Positions 39,830 through 52,810 of a DNA stretch of 64,000 nucleotides are shown here, one piece after another. A program made the position numbers and the translations under genes. Where the stretch lies: positions 5,828,001-5,892,000 of the forward strand of contig JAQFVV010000002.1 of NCBI GenBank assembly GCA_028023455.1, read 5' to 3'. The DNA comes from Epiperipatus broadwayi. Taxonomy: Eukaryota > Animalia > Onychophora. Each line of letters opens with the position of its first letter. Position 1 is the stretch's first letter. The notes under the pieces were generated by a model. That model did not search any database. It was not told where the DNA came from and saw only the letters and a list, made by a program, of their open reading frames with translations.

Positions 39830-42525
39830 TTTCCTTCAAAATTCTTCATAAAATTTTTGAGTTTTAGTTCACCCAATTACCAAGGCAGCAGTGTAGTCAA
39901 ATTTGATGCCTGGTCAATTGTACAGAATTTGATATTCTTATTTTATTTTTTCTATGCAGCTGACGAGTAAGAATTAATTAAATGTCTTTGAGGTAGATGT
40001 TTTGCAATTCACAGTAGTATTTTGTAACAAATCAATTAGCAATATAATGTTCTTGTTCTATTTTATATATTATAATATAGCATAAACAAAATTTATTTTT
40101 TATTTAAAATTTTTATTAAATGAGCTTAGCTAATTAAAATAATATCTGAATTTCTTTGTGGACCACTGAAATTATATCACAGGCCACCAGTGGTCCATGG
40201 ACCACTGGTTACTACCTACTGCAATAGATGACAGACATACTGAAATATTCATGTAAAATTTATACCTTATATAATAAATTATTCAGCATGTGAGACATTG
40301 GGGGGTTTTTTTTTTTTTTGCCATTAAAAATAAAATTATACTGGATATTCAATTCTTTTTTTTTAGTATGAAAACAAAAAATTAAATTACTGATATGAAT
40401 GTTGAAAGACTTAAATGGTTTTTTTTTCCAACTGAGATTTAATAGTAATTGATTGTGAGATTTTGAAAATATAGTCTATTAAGTTATTAATTAAGCAAAT
40501 TCTTTAAATAGATGAAACACAAACTCCTCCTAATTGCATAATGCACATATAAATCTAAGATATACTAGAAATATAAGTTTATGTAGGAGTTATTGGAAAT
40601 TAATAAATGCAGTTAATTAAGAAAAAACAAAAAAACGATATTAGTAATTTTGGCAAACTATTTAAAATTTTATAGAGATAAATGCATCTTTAGACTTCCT
40701 TGAAGATTCAAGTAAATCAATAGACTTAAGCATTTTACCCTTGTTAAGTTTTAATATCTTCCAAAAGCATATTTTCCTTAAATATATTGCACTTATTTAA
40801 TTCCCATCAAATCCTAGCTAGATTTTTTCTTTTATGCAGCTTGTAAATTATAAGTGCATTAAACAGCCAGGAGAAGTCTATTTTTTATGTATTTAAAAAT
40901 GTTTGTATTTAATAAACTTGATAGCTTTGTTTTCAAAAACTCGCAATCAAATAATTTTAAATATAAATTAAGTTTTCCATCATCAAAATGATGAAGCTGA
41001 AATTTTTTTTTCATAAACAATTTTTTTTTTTCATGCTCAACACAATTTAGATATCCTTGCATAATTTCATTTTTGATGACAAAATGTACATCATCTTCAT
41101 GTTGCACATTATAATAATGATGTGATAAACATTTAACACATGAGTATATTATACACAAGCCACTATTTGGTTTCTATCACTTTTTAACTAATACTACTCT
41201 GCTCTATCAACACTTCTAATAATTAATCTTAAGTTTCATCTTAACATTAAAAATCTGGTATGAACTTATAATTATGATCAATGTGCCCTCTAAAAGTAGA
41301 GCTGAGCATACTAAACTGCCCATGTGCAGCAAATAAATATCAAAATTTAGCTTTTATTTGTTTGTTTGCTTATAAAATAATTTATATATAATAAATATAT
41401 TATAGGACATAACTTAAAAATAATAACAAAACTCAATAATAATAATTAGTCCTTTATTTTTTCCCATCATGTCATTCTTTATGATTTATCCAAATTTTAT
41501 GAACTTTGTCTAGGTTTATTTGTTTTTCTGTTAAGATATAATGCTAAATTATTGATAAATTATCCAAATGTTTGTTATCTAGTTTATTATAGGATTCTGA
41601 TTTTATTGCTTTCATTAAATTAAAATCATATTCACAATCAATGCTGGAAGCATGAAAAGTTGCACAAATATTGAAAAGTACTGAAAGTTCTTTATACCCT
41701 CTTTTAAGGTGCATATGTAGCTAAATCATTAAATGATTCAATTACTTTAATTTTACATTTCTCATTTTAAAAAATTTTCAAATTTCCATACGGTTCTAAA
41801 ATTGTATTTTAACCTTATATGATTTTTATCATTATTATTTATTATATATTCATATTTTAAAAATATACATTTTAGACAATCTTTTCCATGCTCTATGCTT
41901 AAATTGTCTTTCATTACAAAAGTATCTAAAGCATTCCAATTATTTATATCTTCTCTAGAAATCTAGTATCTAAATAATTACCAAGCAGTTGAATAAATTT
42001 AAGTATTGGTAAAATAACTATTTAATCATTGAAATCTAAAATTGTTTGAACATTTACATTCCAGTAGATATTCTCTAGATATTGTACTCTTAATTTACTA
42101 ATTTTTGCCTTTGCAAATTGATGTGTTTCCACTGAGAAAAAAATGAGTTTCCTTTGCAAATGCTAATAATTTCGCAAATACATTTTGAAGAACCACACGT
42201 TAATCAATATTGTGGTTTTTAAAACAATATTTATTTATTAGGTCATTGAATTTTTCAACTTGTTCTATACAGAAATTATTGAAATGACATATTTCTTACC
42301 AGAGCATTAAGTATAAAATCTTTAGATACCCATCTTATTTCATTGAGAGATTCTGAAATGTTAACCAATCCTCTTAAGTTTTTCAATTCCTATAAATGAT
42401 CTAATAAACAATGTATATATTATTCTTAAAAATATTTCAATATCCGTAATAAATTGAACATGTTTATATACATTATATATTTCAAGGATGTTCAATTAAA
42501 TGTGAAATATCACTTCATAAACAAG

Positions 42526-45318
42526 CAGCCACATCATCAATCCACTGCAGGATGAAGGTCTCTCCAAGTTCAATCTATCTTGTCCGATCTTTAGCCTCTC
42601 TTCTTCACATCACCCCTGCACATTTTCTTACTTCACCCATATATATCACATGGTCTCTTTCTGGATCTTTTATAATCTCTTGGTATCCAGTTTAAGATTT
42701 CAATTGTCCATCTATTATCATCACTTCTAGCAATATGTCCAGCCCAACTCCACTTCAAACTTTTAATTCTTTCAATGATGTGAGTAACATCTGTTTGTTC
42801 TCTTACTCATGCATTGTTTTTTTGATCTCTTCTTGTTATTCCCACCATGCATCTCTCCATACTTCTCTGGGTGGTCTGAATTCTCTGTATTGCTCTTCTA
42901 TTAGGTGTTCAAGTCTCAGATCCATAAGTAAGAACTGGTAAAACACATTTATTAAAAACCTTCTTTTTCAAACACAAAGGCATATTTCATTTTAATATTA
43001 AATTATTTCTACCAAAAGCACTCAAACCAAGTTTAATTCTGTGATTAATTTCATCTATTATGTTTCCATCTGTAGTAATAATATGACCAAGGTATTTGTG
43101 GTTGTTAACTTGTTCTAACTCATCATAATCAATCTTTATTTTCAACTTTTTAGAAATTCCATTAAATATTATTTCTTTTTTTAATATTTACCTTTAGTCC
43201 TACTTTCTTCCTTTCATCTGATAACTCTTGCAACATTTCCTGAAGCTCTGAAGCATTATTTACAAAAACATCTACATCTGCAAAGTCTAAATGACTTAAA
43301 TAATCATATTTATTTTTACTCTTTTTCGCCATTTAGTTTTGGAAATATGGAGCCACCCTGTCTTACACCCTTTTCAATATTAACTTTCCTAGTATCATTA
43401 TGTAATCTAATTGTTGCTGTTGCATTTTGATAAATATTCTTCAAAATATGACAATATCCTGAGTTTATACCTTAATGATCCAATGCTTTAATCACTGAAG
43501 AAATGCTTATAGAATCAAATGCCTTTTCATAATCTACAAATCCAAAGCATAATGGCAACTCATATTCATTGGTTCTTTCTGTAATTTCAATACTTGGATA
43601 TGATTTACATTAACTAAAACCATTTTTAGATCAAGCTTGTCCCTTTTGATTGGTTGAAATCCAATGTTCTCTGTAGACGAGTTGTAATTATCTTAATAAA
43701 TTTTTTTGTATAAAACTGATAAAAGACTGATACGTCTGTAAATTCTAATATCTTCTTTATCACATACTGCATTCTTCCAATCATCTGGTAAATCTTTATC
43801 ATTTAGACATTACGTAAATAACTTTGCCAATTTTTTTTCTATTTCTTTACCTGCTTCTTTTAATATATCGATTACAATTCTATCATTACCTGGAGCTTTT
43901 CCCTTCTTCATAAATTTAATTGCATGTCTCACTTCATTTAAAATCTTGGGTAATTCAGAAGATATAGTAGATGTAGGAGTTACTTGTTCTTTATTACTGT
44001 ATAATTATTGATAGAACTCATCCACCCATTTCATGATGTCATCTCTTTCTTTTTAAGTAACAGTTCCATCTTTCTTTCTTATCGCAGATATGTTTCTACC
44101 AATACCAAATTTTGTTTTACCCTCTTGAGACTTTTATTCTCTTCCACAGTATTATCAACTCTTTTCATATCATTTTACAAAATTCAAGATATTCAATCAT
44201 TCTTAATGCATCATTTTTATATATCTTCAAATTCCTTCTTTTCTTCATAAATTCTCTAGTCTAAATAGAAATTGTATTAATCAATCGCTGTTTTTTTTCT
44301 ACCAGCTATCTTTGTTGCAGTTTTTAAAAGTTTATCAATTATTTTCCTACTGATTTCTTTCAAAATGGAATCGTGTTCAAAATCTATTAATACTTGAAAA
44401 CGATTTGCAAGTTCTAATTTAAATTCATTAGAATGTTTCCTAAGAATAGGAATATCAACTGTAAATATTGGTTTTTCTTAATAATTTTTGGCTCTTTAAT
44501 TTTGCATTAATTCATATCTTACATCTTACTAATCAATGATCACTTCCTGTGTTGAATTTATTAAGCACATTACACTCTTGAAATATGTATTTTCTGTTAG
44601 TCAAAATATAATCCAATTCTGCTGTATCTTCATTTGGATGCTTCCATTATCATTTCCTTTTAACATCTTTCTCAAAAAAAAAAAATTCATAATACAAAGT
44701 TTTTCTTTTTCTGCAAACAAACTTCACAAGTCTATGTCCTTTCTCACTTCTATTACCATAATCAAATTTACTTACAGTCCATTCATCTTTCATTTGTTTA
44801 CCAATTCTAGCATTAAAGTCTCACGTAACAATTTTAAAATATCGTTTAATCTGATCAAAAGCCTTTTTTGCATCCTCACTATGAGAACTTGTTGGAGCAT
44901 AAACTTGAATTATCTGCATTTGGTATCTGCTACTAAGTTGAATAACTAATCTTGCAACTCTGTTCGATACACCATCAATCTCCACAATGTTGTTCTTCCT
45001 CTTTTTATATATAATGAATCCTACTTTACTTGTACATCTAATATTTGTGCCTTTATAGTGGAATACATGTCCACTTTTTAAATCAATTGCTTCTTCACTT
45101 TTTCTTTTAACTTCAAGTCCAATAATGTCCCATTTAATATGAGAGAGTTCTTTTTCCAATTCTTGCAATCTAAAGTGATCTGCAGTTGTAAGTACCTAAA
45201 TAAAAAGTTGTCATCAAATGGCAGTCTGGGTTCACAATCAATTTTTAGCACCCTCCACCTTTGGCCATTAACCATGGCCATAGCTGGTGACTTTACAGCC
45301 ATCTGGGAATAAGGACTG
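42526..45318 (-). mobile_element. Degenerate RTE-clade LINE (APE + RT, many stops and frameshifts)
   Basis: APE segment KWDIIGL.EVKR...VGF...IIQVYAPTSS. RT segment FVDYEKAFDSI. The 3' end reads ...LGETFILQW followed by a GAT-type tail. Confidence 0.9.
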
Positions 45319-46040
45319 ATTTATTTTTGTCTGTGATAATTGTATATATCTATTTTAAAAAAATTTCATTCATACCCACATTCATTCTACCTTACGAGAT
45401 AACTGAAAAGACCATGGTGGTGTTTCTTGATTTTAAATTCAGAACTAAAAAGCCAATAAACTCACCACACTGGCTAATGCATGTTGGCAAACAATCGATC
45501 CATGTTCATATACTACATGAATAAACATAGTAATAACAGCTGCAATGATAAGAAGATATGGAGTGGACATTAGGAATTTGCCCTGCTTGGTTCCTTTAAG
45601 ACCTCCAAGAGGAATCAAAGGGTATCATTTCAGTTATCAGCAAACTCCTAGCATTACAAACTTAAATATAACTCGTTTTTGTAAATCAAGATTATTCTCT
45701 CTTATAAAACATTTTTATCCTAAGACTATCACATGCAATAAGCTTAATAATGCAGACAAATTTTGTCTGATAACAGGATTCAAATTTTGAGCAGTATTTT
45801 ATATATATGTATATTTTTTCTAATGAAATGCCTGTACCTTTATCAACTATCAAACAATGAGAAAAAGATGTTTTAACTTCAATAACCTACTTGTGTATGA
45901 TTAAATTTATGTATTCTATAAATTAGAAAAAACAATTCTTCCTACATCATGATTCAATAATATTAGCAAATTTTCCTACATGGTTATATAAATTGCACAG
46001 AGAATATTGACTAATTGATAATAATTGCTAGGGTACTCAA

Positions 46041-46108
46041 GTGTTGGTGGCTGGTTAGCATAGCTGCCTTCCAAGCAACTGGCCTGGGATTGCTTCCTGG
46101 TCAATGCA
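46041..46108 (+). pseudogene. tRNA-Gly(TCC) retro-pseudogene
   Basis: Anticodon arm AGCATAGCTGCCTTCCAAGCA matches metazoan tRNA-Gly(TCC). There is a 4-nt deletion in the D-arm region and the T-loop/B-box is mutated (GGGATTGCTTCC). A10 tail at 46119-46128; 10-bp TSD TGCTAGGGTA (46026-46035 and 46129-46138). Confidence 0.85.
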
Positions 46109-48364
46109 TTTGACATATAAAAAAAAAATGCTAGGGTAACATTGTATATTAGAATATTAATGATGTTTTTGTCTGACTTCTTGTATTCAGCATTTTCTAA
46201 TCTGAAAGTACGATCTGACAGGTTTTCAAAATTTAAATTCTAAAATTCTATTGATTTTATTTTGGATGGCAATAACTGAATCAGTATAAACTTTGTAACT
46301 TAAATGTCTATTTTCCATTTGATCTATATTTTACCAGTAATAAATTCACCTTTTGAATTTGACTGACAGCAAATTTTAAAAATGACATCTATATTGTTTT
46401 GGATACTAAAAACAGCTCCAAGTTTAATACAATTCGATAACTAAAAACATTCAATGTTTAATACAGTAATTATAATTTTTGATAATGATGGCATTTCAAT
46501 TTCTACTGATTGGGAAAGCCTTTCACATTTAAATTTGTTTTTCTTATTTTTATGTTGATGTGTTGAATGTTTGAAATTTGTAAGGCCTAAAATAAAATGT
46601 TTATATGTTGGATGACTTTTTTTAAAAATTACAATAATAATAAAAAAGTTTCATCACACTTAGGCTGCAATTGCAGATGTGACTGTCAAACATCTTATCA
46701 TGGCAACTGCTAGAGGAAAGACAGTTTTCAGTCATTGCTATTTGTATAGGTCAAAATGCAATAATATTAAAATCAATTTTTAGTTGTTTTGGGTAGAACA
46801 CAATACAATTAAACTGAAGTCTCCATAACAATATCCCTGTCATCGGTTCTACTTATTAAATCCTTTTTATCAAAATTATTCACTTGGATTCAATTTTATG
46901 TATTTAAACTTAAAAACAAATGGATGAATACTTCGAATATTAAAATGTTCAGGGTATACTAAAGTTGCTGAACTGTGTGCATGCTTTCAAAATTGCTGCA
47001 CAATTGTACATTGTGCAGCTTTGAGGAAATATTAGTTATGAAAACAGAGAAAAGTATAACTTCAAACAAAACAATGTTATTTATATTCTAATTAAAGTCA
47101 TCAAATATTATCAATTAAAAAGTAATTATCTTAAATGTAAATAATGTTAAACTGCATATATAAATAAGACTAATGCCAGTGCTAAATAAATAAAAAATTA
47201 TATGAACATTTCTATGGAATAAAAAAAAAAATCAAATTTTAAGACATACTTTTAACTGAAGCAAGTCATTTTAATTGATAAAAAAAAAAAAAAAAATCCT
47301 TACATAAGTATTATCTGCAAACTAACAAAATTACACAAATACATTATCCTGCAATTTTATACAGAAATATTTTGCTGTAAATAAAATACAGCAAGCAAAG
47401 AAGCAATTATAATTTTAAATAAATTTTGGTAAAAATTACATAAATATATATGTTTAGAAGTGATAAGATGCAATAATAAAGATTAAAAAGAAAGGAAGGA
47501 GAATTGATTCACTTCAATGAAAAAATATCTAATATATTACAGATGAACAGCTTTAACTTATGTGATTTATATCCACTATTTATTAAAATTGAGATTCTAA
47601 TATATTTTAAATTAATACATTGAACACTACATCACTTAAGAATCATAAACATGACTTGTTTTTCTTTTCTTTTTTTAATTCATCAAATAATTAATATACT
47701 AACTATTCTTTCTGTATCTGTTTAATATATGATCCAATCATAAACAAAAGCATCTATATATTTAAATATTTAAACTGTAATGGTAATTCATAGATAAATA
47801 ACTATACTGACAATTTTTCAGACATTGAATGTAACTAATTAGCAAGGTTACTATGGATACATAAATATATATAAAATATCAAAGCTTTTCTTTTTTTTTT
47901 TAACTATTCATTACTTTACTAGTCTTTAATTTATTTAACTAATTTAATAATATGCCTTTTTAATATAGTTGACATAAACACATGTATAAAATTATTCAAA
48001 TATATGTGCTATTAAGAAATATACACATATCTAAATAAAACAGAGCCTATGATATTAATCACAGATATATTGATTTCATGCATATAATTTAAAATGATAG
48101 TTAAATGACTTAACATAAAAAAAAACATAAATAAATAAAAATTATACTTTTATTTTAAAAGAATTACTGGCAAATGTTTATACCTAGTATTGGGATAGTT
48201 CATTCTTACAGTTAAAGACTTCTTTTGAGTTGTAAATACTCCAAGATAAAAGCTCTTTTCCAAGTTTTGTTCCAGTGTAAATTATATTTTCTTCCAGAAG
48301 AAATAAATCACTCAGCTTGAACGAATTTTATTTCAATGTTGTTAAGTTTCTTCAAACATGAATT

Positions 48365-48528
48365 TAAGTTTTGTTTTTTGCATGAATACATTAAAAAGTT
48401 GTGAATTTATAGAGCATATTTCCAATTTTCAATCCTTGTTCACATAAAGTTAAGTTTTGTTTTTTGCATAAACAAATTAAAAAGGTGTGAATTTGTTGAA
48501 TATATTTCCAATTTTCAATCCTTGTTCT
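48365..48528 (+). repeat. ~85-bp tandem duplication
   Basis: TTAAGTTTTGTTTTTTGCAT...ATATTTCCAATTTTCAATCCTTGTTC twice. Confidence 0.85.
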
Positions 48529-49359
48529 TCCCCGATTTTAAACCATTTGAGTAGGTTACCATCAAGATAATGGAGAAATATCTAGGTCAGTGGTTTCCAA
48601 AGTTTTTTCTTTTTGGTACTCCTTGCTAGGCTTTTCATTTATGAATGCCACCTCATCTCATAAACCCTCATCCATTTTTTTAAACAAACAATATGGCTTT
48701 TTTATTACATTGTATAATGTTCTTATGTTAACAAAATAATTAACCAAAACAAATTAGTGATAAATTTTGATTTTTATTTTACATATTATACTTCAATTTC
48801 AGTTTTTTTTTATAAAAGTAAAAACAAATAAAAAAGCATTAATATAGATTTTTGATCACATTAATTTATAATAAAAATTCGTACAAGTGGTCAATGATTT
48901 ATCTTATTATACACAAGTGTCATCTCTTCTTAATAAATTTAATGTGATCTTTGATATTGTTTCATGGAGCTGAGTTATTTAAAATCAGGTTCAAATGAAG
49001 TTTGATACAATCTATAAAATAAATACTTTAATGCTTTATCACCGAGATCTGGGTGCTCCCAAGATGCCCAGAAATCAATGACATTTCGGGTTTTTTTTTT
49101 TAGTTTCTTTTCTGATATTGTTGAAAGAACGATTCATTGAATGGATTTGAAATCCAACTATTTTCACTATTTTGCTTTGGAAAGAAGGCCTGAATACCAC
49201 CTTTAGCCCTTTTAAGTGAGTTATTATATTAATTTTATTTATTTTTACAATTTCAGTTTACCCTCAGATAAGAACCTGTGAAGTGTCTGAAAAACTTTAA
49301 ACTGCTATTTATCAATATAACATTCCCAAAAATCTAATTTCTTAATCATAGCCTCGATT

Positions 49360-50683
49360 TTGTCAGACATTTTAAATATAGTATGGAACTGTTCTGTAAT
49401 GCTAAGTTTATTTCTGAAAAAATATCAGATAAGTATGCATAATATAAGTATGCAATTGCTGAAGCCATTCAGTTTCATTAAAATTAATTTAAAAGGTCTT
49501 CAAAAAAAACTTGCACTTCATGTCTCAATTCAAACAACTGTGTGAATACTGTTCTCATCATGAAAGTCACCTCACTTTAGAGTGCAAAAACAATGTTGTA
49601 TGGAGGCTGTTCATCTCTTTACACAAAGAGTTGAATAGTCTGGAATTTGCTGAATTGGTTTTAATAAAACTCACTGAACATCATCTTCAATGAATATGGT
49701 AAAAGATTTGATCACAAGGCTTTGTCTGTATATATGAGGAATGATTTCTTTGATACGACCACATAAGCCTGTATAATGGCCAGGCATAGACAAACATACA
49801 AACACCATAGCAATTAATCTAATCAATTTTTTTTTGCAAAAATAATATTTAAGGACATTGAATATGTTCTTGCCTGTGCATCTTTCTGAAAAGAGATAGT
49901 ACAACAAAAGATTTCTATGTTATTATTTGAATATCTTTCAAAAATAAGCAAAATTGACAAATTGTAAACATCAGTGCTTTCCTCCATCTATATAGAAAAG
50001 GGGCCCATTTTTATCCTCTCAATTACTGCTGATTCAATGTCCCTTAATTCTCAAAAAACTTGTACTGTTTGAGAATGGAATATTATTAAATTTTTAGACA
50101 TGGTCATCATCACTGAACATACATTGAACAGCATCTTTGTCCTGTTACATGAAGATATCAAATTTTAAGCACTTTTTTTTTTATCACTTTTAGCAATATA
50201 GTAACTTATTCTATATCCTGTTTCAACTGCATTTTCATTATCTTTATTTGCAAATAGCACAAAAGAAATTAGATTTGGGCCACTTAATAGTCACTGGAAA
50301 AAATATCTTTTTCTACATATATTGGAAGTTTTGCCCATAAATGGTACATTAATAAAGATGGTTTCATGGCATGTTAGATATCATCTCTCCACAAACAACA
50401 CACAATGGCTTTGAATAGTTTGCATCTTCCATGATATTTCAAATATTCATCACAATATTTTCTCTTTTTAGGTGTAGCACTAATGTTTTGAGCTTTTTTT
50501 AATAATGCTAACTTTATATTTTATCATAACAGGCCCATCAGTTCCTATAGATTTATTATTTTGTGTTTCTAAATCATAATAATGCAAAATACAGGCTGGA
50601 GACTCAATGGCTTGATTTTCCAAGTTAGTTGTAACTCTTTTAAGAGTTCTGTTTTTCAGCCAATTATCCATTTTAAGACCCAA
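49360..50683 (-). pseudogene. Buster/Charlie-type hAT transposase relic (frameshifts and stops)
   Basis: Fragments MDNWLKN, GHYTGLCGRIKEIIPH and STLCKEMNSLHTTLFLHSKVR match the family motifs MDRWLK, SG...RIK...P and LC.EM.S.H..LLLH..VRWLS. Confidence 0.8.
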
Positions 50684-52810
50684 AATAATATTTTAAAAAA
50701 TTACTTAAAAAAAAAAGGCTAAGTAAGAACATAAACCATGTGAAATTTAATCAAAAAATAAAAATAAATACTTGCTTTCAATTGCTCTTTAATAAAATTT
50801 TGTGGAAGGAAAAGTTCACATGCAGGATCACAAAATATGATAGTTAACTAATGACACACCCAATTATTAATTACAATGTTAGGAAAATGCCTATTTATTT
50901 TTTTATTCATTTCCCAAGTAAGCTATAACACAGCATAGATAAATAATATACAAATGTCACATCTCCATATAAGAACATGTGCCAGTTTTGAAAGATTTCA
51001 TTTGAAAATTAAAAATTTGAATTGAAAAAAGCCCTCATAAAGCCACTTTACACTTTTAAAATTTTTTCAAATTATTTGATATAATTATTTGAAAGCTTAA
51101 GAGCTTAGAGCCATTTGAAGAAATTTGAAAGTATAAATGGCTGCTGTACAGAAATTTGAAGGCTGTCATTTTTTTTTTTTTTGCAGCTTGAAAACTTTTT
51201 CAAATAATTTGACAGTTTCTTCACTATTTGAAAAAGCTTTTGTATTGTTCACATTGCGGAAAAATATTTTGGCTGAACTTATTAAAAATAAAGTGAAAAA
51301 TGAATTATTCAAATGCAAAATATCATCTTTGCAAAGAATTAATCAAATGTTTTACTTATTTGTGGGACATTAAGTCCAATGAATATAAAAGATTTTAAAA
51401 GATGAAAAGTATGAAAATTTATTGGAAATAGAATATATTATATATAATTTCTCTGTACAATAGAAAAATTAAGACAAAATTCTCCATTGGAAATTAAAAA
51501 GTCAATAATGCATGTTAAAAATCAGGAGGATGACAATTAGGAAATTATTTTAAAATAGAGATTCTCAATTCGAAAAATCACAAATTAATAAATAGTAGTT
51601 CATTGGTAATTGCTTGGAAGTTTCCAAAGTACTAAATTAGTTACACAAGAGAACCTAAAAAAAACTAAATAAGAGAATTGGGAAACAATTTGAGGAAATA
51701 AGGTTTTATTCAAAATATAGTATTATTTAAATTCATTCTTTTTACAAAATTTTTAGTCCATTTACTCATTTTTTTTTGCAGTTTCCATTTCATCTTTTCC
51801 CAACAAAAATTATTGCATGCCCCTAAGTCCATGACATGTTGACACAGCTAATAATCAAAAGTATATTAATGTTTGTCAAATAATTAGAAAGTGTAAAAGT
51901 CACTTTAGACTTCCTCATGCAAAAATTTTACTCCACGTAATTCTTTTTCTTTTAGTATTTATTGTCGTAATTTCTATTGAACATCATATACACCTGCAAG
52001 CACATATTTAATATGGAAAAACAGTAAAAGGTAAAATACGTATGTACAATGGGCTTATTATTCTTTTCTTTTATCCATTCTTATTATTCTTTCCATTGAT
52101 TTCTTTTTGTATTTTAGTTGTAAAGATGCTTCTAATAATTTGATTATCAGTTTTGATCTTTAGAGTTTTGTGTGATTGGATGATTATAAATTAATATAAA
52201 AGATTATATAATAGTTAATACATTCAAATTTTGTAATATTTTGTTTTTGTTTTTACAAAGAAAAAGTATGAAAGAAAGAATTAACATAAAGTTGATATAA
52301 TATTGAATTTCAAAAATCTTACACGCTTTCACTTTTCACCATATCAAAGAGTTCCAATTTAAATTTAAATTAAACATTTTTAAAATTTTCAAATGAGAGT
52401 CTTAAAAACTGTGCCTGTTTTCTTATATGGAGATGAGACACCTGGATATGATCAATCTGTATTTACAGTTCTCTTTGTAAACCTAAATTATAACATTGTT
52501 TTTATTTTTTAATTGAGACACCTTATTGCTTTTTCATTTCAACAAAAATTTTATTAACAATAAATAGTGATTACATACAAATAAAGGATGGATAAATGAA
52601 TAAATTGTACAATAATATGATTGTATAATGTTCTATTTGTTATCTGGCTAGATTTTGTTATGAGAGTACAATTGTTATACTCTTATGTGGTTAGGTATAG
52701 TGATGAGATTCTAATAACTTGATTAATGGAATAAGCATTTTTTATATAAACATGAATATTTTCTTTTAGAATTTCCTATTCTATAATGCTGGGTAGGTGG
52801 GAGTTGATAA

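Larger units (their letters stand above)
37958..40221. mobile_element. hAT (Buster-type) MITE, about 0.7 kb before two nested insertions
   Basis: TIRs CAGCAGTTGGCAACC / CAGTAGGTAGTAACC (11/15). Exact 8-bp TSD CAATAGAT (37950-37957 and 40222-40229) with central TA. Subterminal GGACCAC motifs. Confidence 0.8.

Noticed and set aside
46041-46108. Functional tRNA-Gly gene
   Set aside because: The D-arm deletion and destroyed T-loop/B-box, plus poly(A) and TSD, indicate a retrocopy.
46640-46780. Possible hAT dimerisation-domain relic (FPLAVAMIRCLTVTSA)
   Set aside because: Lacks the ERSFS core; too decayed to support as a feature.
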